From the NCBI GenBank assembly GCA_030057915.1, contig JASGUC010000003.1, forward strand, positions 38,086 to 102,085: a stretch of 64,000 nt of DNA, read 5' to 3'. How positions within the stretch are numbered: the stretch's first letter is position 1; every line of letters begins with the position of its first letter. Source of the stretch: Pseudomonadota bacterium. GTDB lineage: Bacteria > Desulfobacterota > Syntrophia > Syntrophales > UBA8958. The notes below the pieces were generated by a model that was not told the DNA's origin, ran no database searches, and was given only the letters and a program-made list of their open reading frames with translations. The translations under genes were made by a program, and so were the position numbers. Shown here in pieces: positions 62,505-64,000 of the stretch.

Positions 62505-63965
62505 GTGATAAAACAGGAAGAGCGCTACTATTCTTACATAATAATTTTAATGGATTATCTGGCGGTACTGGTTTCCTATGCCGTTGCCGCGCCCTGCTCT
62601 GAATGGCTCGTCGCCGGGCTTCACGGGACGACGCCGACGGTTTTTGCTTCGTTGTCTTTTTGCGAGGGCTTGCTCGAGTCCTGGCTGCTTTTTTATTATC
62701 TCTTCTTTCCCCTCCTCCTCTTCCCTCTGCTGGCCATGAATATGAGCCGGGTCTATCGGCTCTCCAGGATTTCCACCCTGGGTGGAATCCTTCGGGAAAC
62801 GGCGCCCCTTTTCATCGTCAGCGGCGTGATCTTCTTCGTCTTTTTTGAGTTTGCCGTCCGCTATCGGGAAACGACCGTCATGACCATCCTGCTTATCGCC
62901 TCGACATGGACCGGTTTTATCGTCAACCGCCTGTTCGTGGTCTTGTTCATCCGTAAGGGTCTCCGCCAGGAGGACGTGATGAATCACCTCCTGATCGTGG
63001 GAACGGGGCGTCGGGCGATGGAAACGGCCCGGACCTTTGCCCGCCATCCCGAGTGGCCGGTTTTGGTGGTCGGTTTTCTGAGCGAGCGTCCCGAGGAGGT
63101 GGGAGGGGTCAAAGAGGGCTTTCCCGTCCTGGGCAGCGTCGATGATCTGTCCCGGACGCTCACCTCCATGGTGGTGGACAGCGTCCTGGTTTCGGAAACC
63201 ATTCAGGAACTTACGACCCTGAGGCGGATCGCGGCCCTCTGCAACCTGGCGGGGGTGGATTTCACCCTCAATCCGTCCCTGATATCCGGGAAGGCCAAGG
63301 CGCCCTTTCTGGAACGTTACGAAAACATCAATCTCCTCGTTTACAAGTTTGTCGATCCCGCCCCCTTCAAGCTCTTGGTAAAGCGCCTCCTCGACCTTGC
63401 CGCCTCGGCCTGTCTGATCGTGTTCCTCATCCCCCTGTGGATCGTCCTTCCCGTCATCATCTACCTCGACTCGCCGGGGCCGGCGTTCTTCATCCAGGAA
63501 CGGGTGGGAAAAAACGGCCGTCGCTTCCGGATGTGGAAATATCGCTCCATGGTCCAGGACGCCGATCTCCTTAAGTCCTCTCTGTCCCATCTCAACGAGA
63601 TGGACGGTCCCGTTTTCAAGATCAAGGAAGACCCGCGAATCACCAAAGTGGGCCGATTCATTAGGAGGACGAGCATCGACGAGCTGCCCCAGTTGTTCAA
63701 TGTCCTGATGGGTAGCATGAGCCTCGTGGGGCCCCGGCCGCCCGTGCCCAGCGAGGTGGCCCAATACGGCCTCTGGCAGAAGAAACGCCTGTCCGTAAAG
63801 CCGGGCATCACCTGCCTCTGGCAGATCAGCGGCCGGAACGAGATCAAATTCGACGAGTGGATGCGTCTGGACCGTCAGTATATCGAGAACTGGTCCCTGA
63901 CCCTGGATATGAAGATCCTCCTCAAGACGGTCTGGGTCGTTCTGTCGCGTAAGGGCGCGGGATGA
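62505..63965 (+). CDS. exopolysaccharide priming polyprenyl-phosphate hexose-1-phosphate transferase (WbaP/bacterial sugar transferase family)
   Basis: 486 aa, GTG start. 4-5 N-terminal TM segments. C-terminal ..KR..D...S...L....P......I.....GP..F.Q.R.G..G..F...K.RSM..DA.. and ..DELPQLFNVL.G.MSLVGPRP.. Confidence 0.9.
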   Translation: MIKQEERYYSYIIILMDYLAVLVSYAVAAPCSEWLVAGLHGTTPTVFASLSFCEGLLESWLLFYYLFFPLLLFPLLAMNMSRVYRLSRISTLGGILRETAPLFIVSGVIFFVFFEFAVRYRETTVMTILLIASTWTGFIVNRLFVVLFIRKGLRQEDVMNHLLIVGTGRRAMETARTFARHPEWPVLVVGFLSERPEEVGGVKEGFPVLGSVDDLSRTLTSMVVDSVLVSETIQELTTLRRIAALCNLAGVDFTLNPSLISGKAKAPFLERYENINLLVYKFVDPAPFKLLVKRLLDLAASACLIVFLIPLWIVLPVIIYLDSPGPAFFIQERVGKNGRRFRMWKYRSMVQDADLLKSSLSHLNEMDGPVFKIKEDPRITKVGRFIRRTSIDELPQLFNVLMGSMSLVGPRPPVPSEVAQYGLWQKKRLSVKPGITCLWQISGRNEIKFDEWMRLDRQYIENWSLTLDMKILLKTVWVVLSRKGAG

Positions 63966-64000
63966 AAACAGGAGGGAAGGGCAGGAGGGCAGTGGGCAGA

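Overview
GC-rich (by eye about 60-65% GC) bacterial chromosomal segment. Gene content suggests an anaerobic Desulfobacterota/Syntrophia-like deltaproteobacterium: class III PHA synthase, a HesB-like selenoprotein and dense modular intergenic repeats. This assignment is inference only. I can support about 55 protein genes. Layout: (1) pqiA/pqiB/pqiC-like MCE lipid-transport genes (1-3161, +). (2) mtaB-rnc-radical SAM-era operon (3476-7669, -). (3) An 8-kb polyhydroxyalkanoate island (8672-16795). It holds phaR translationally coupled to a NIL-domain ferredoxin, two phasin-like genes behind a perfect consensus promoter, a divergent second PhaC-like synthase with a short PhaE/PhaR-like partner, phaJ, a tandem-GAF protein and a canonical class III phaE-phaC. 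(4) Housekeeping genes: alpha/beta hydrolase, DUF1015, TrmN6-like methyltransferase, DciA-like, MoaE-like, macro domain. (5) A complete trpEGDCFBA operon (23212-30641, -). It is preceded by a promoter, a 26-codon leader ORF with three consecutive Trp codons and two tandem intrinsic terminators. (6) A pseudo-receiver, a TPR protein, a HesB/IscA-like gene interrupted by an in-frame TGA (candidate selenocysteine), and mnmG. (7) A roughly 28-kb Wzx/Wzy-type exopolysaccharide locus (36514-63965). It includes a 1447-aa secreted metalloprotease/5x Ig-like repeat/dockerin/PEBP fusion, a GH9-like hydrolase, a flippase-GNAT fusion, and a BY-kinase-like ATPase lacking the Walker A lysine. No rRNA, tRNA, CRISPR array, transposase or recognisable defence system was seen. 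The main structure outside genes is repeat content. There is a MITE with perfect 10-bp target-site duplications (3 copies). There is a superfamily of ~130-bp elements bounded by a 14-bp inverted repeat (GAGACCTTTGAAAA) with unrelated cores (at least 8 copies, some inside operons). There are also a ~130-nt near-identical element (3 copies), an ~80-nt palindromic element (3 copies) and a 127-nt two-copy element. All homology calls come from motif recognition by eye; no database search was run.
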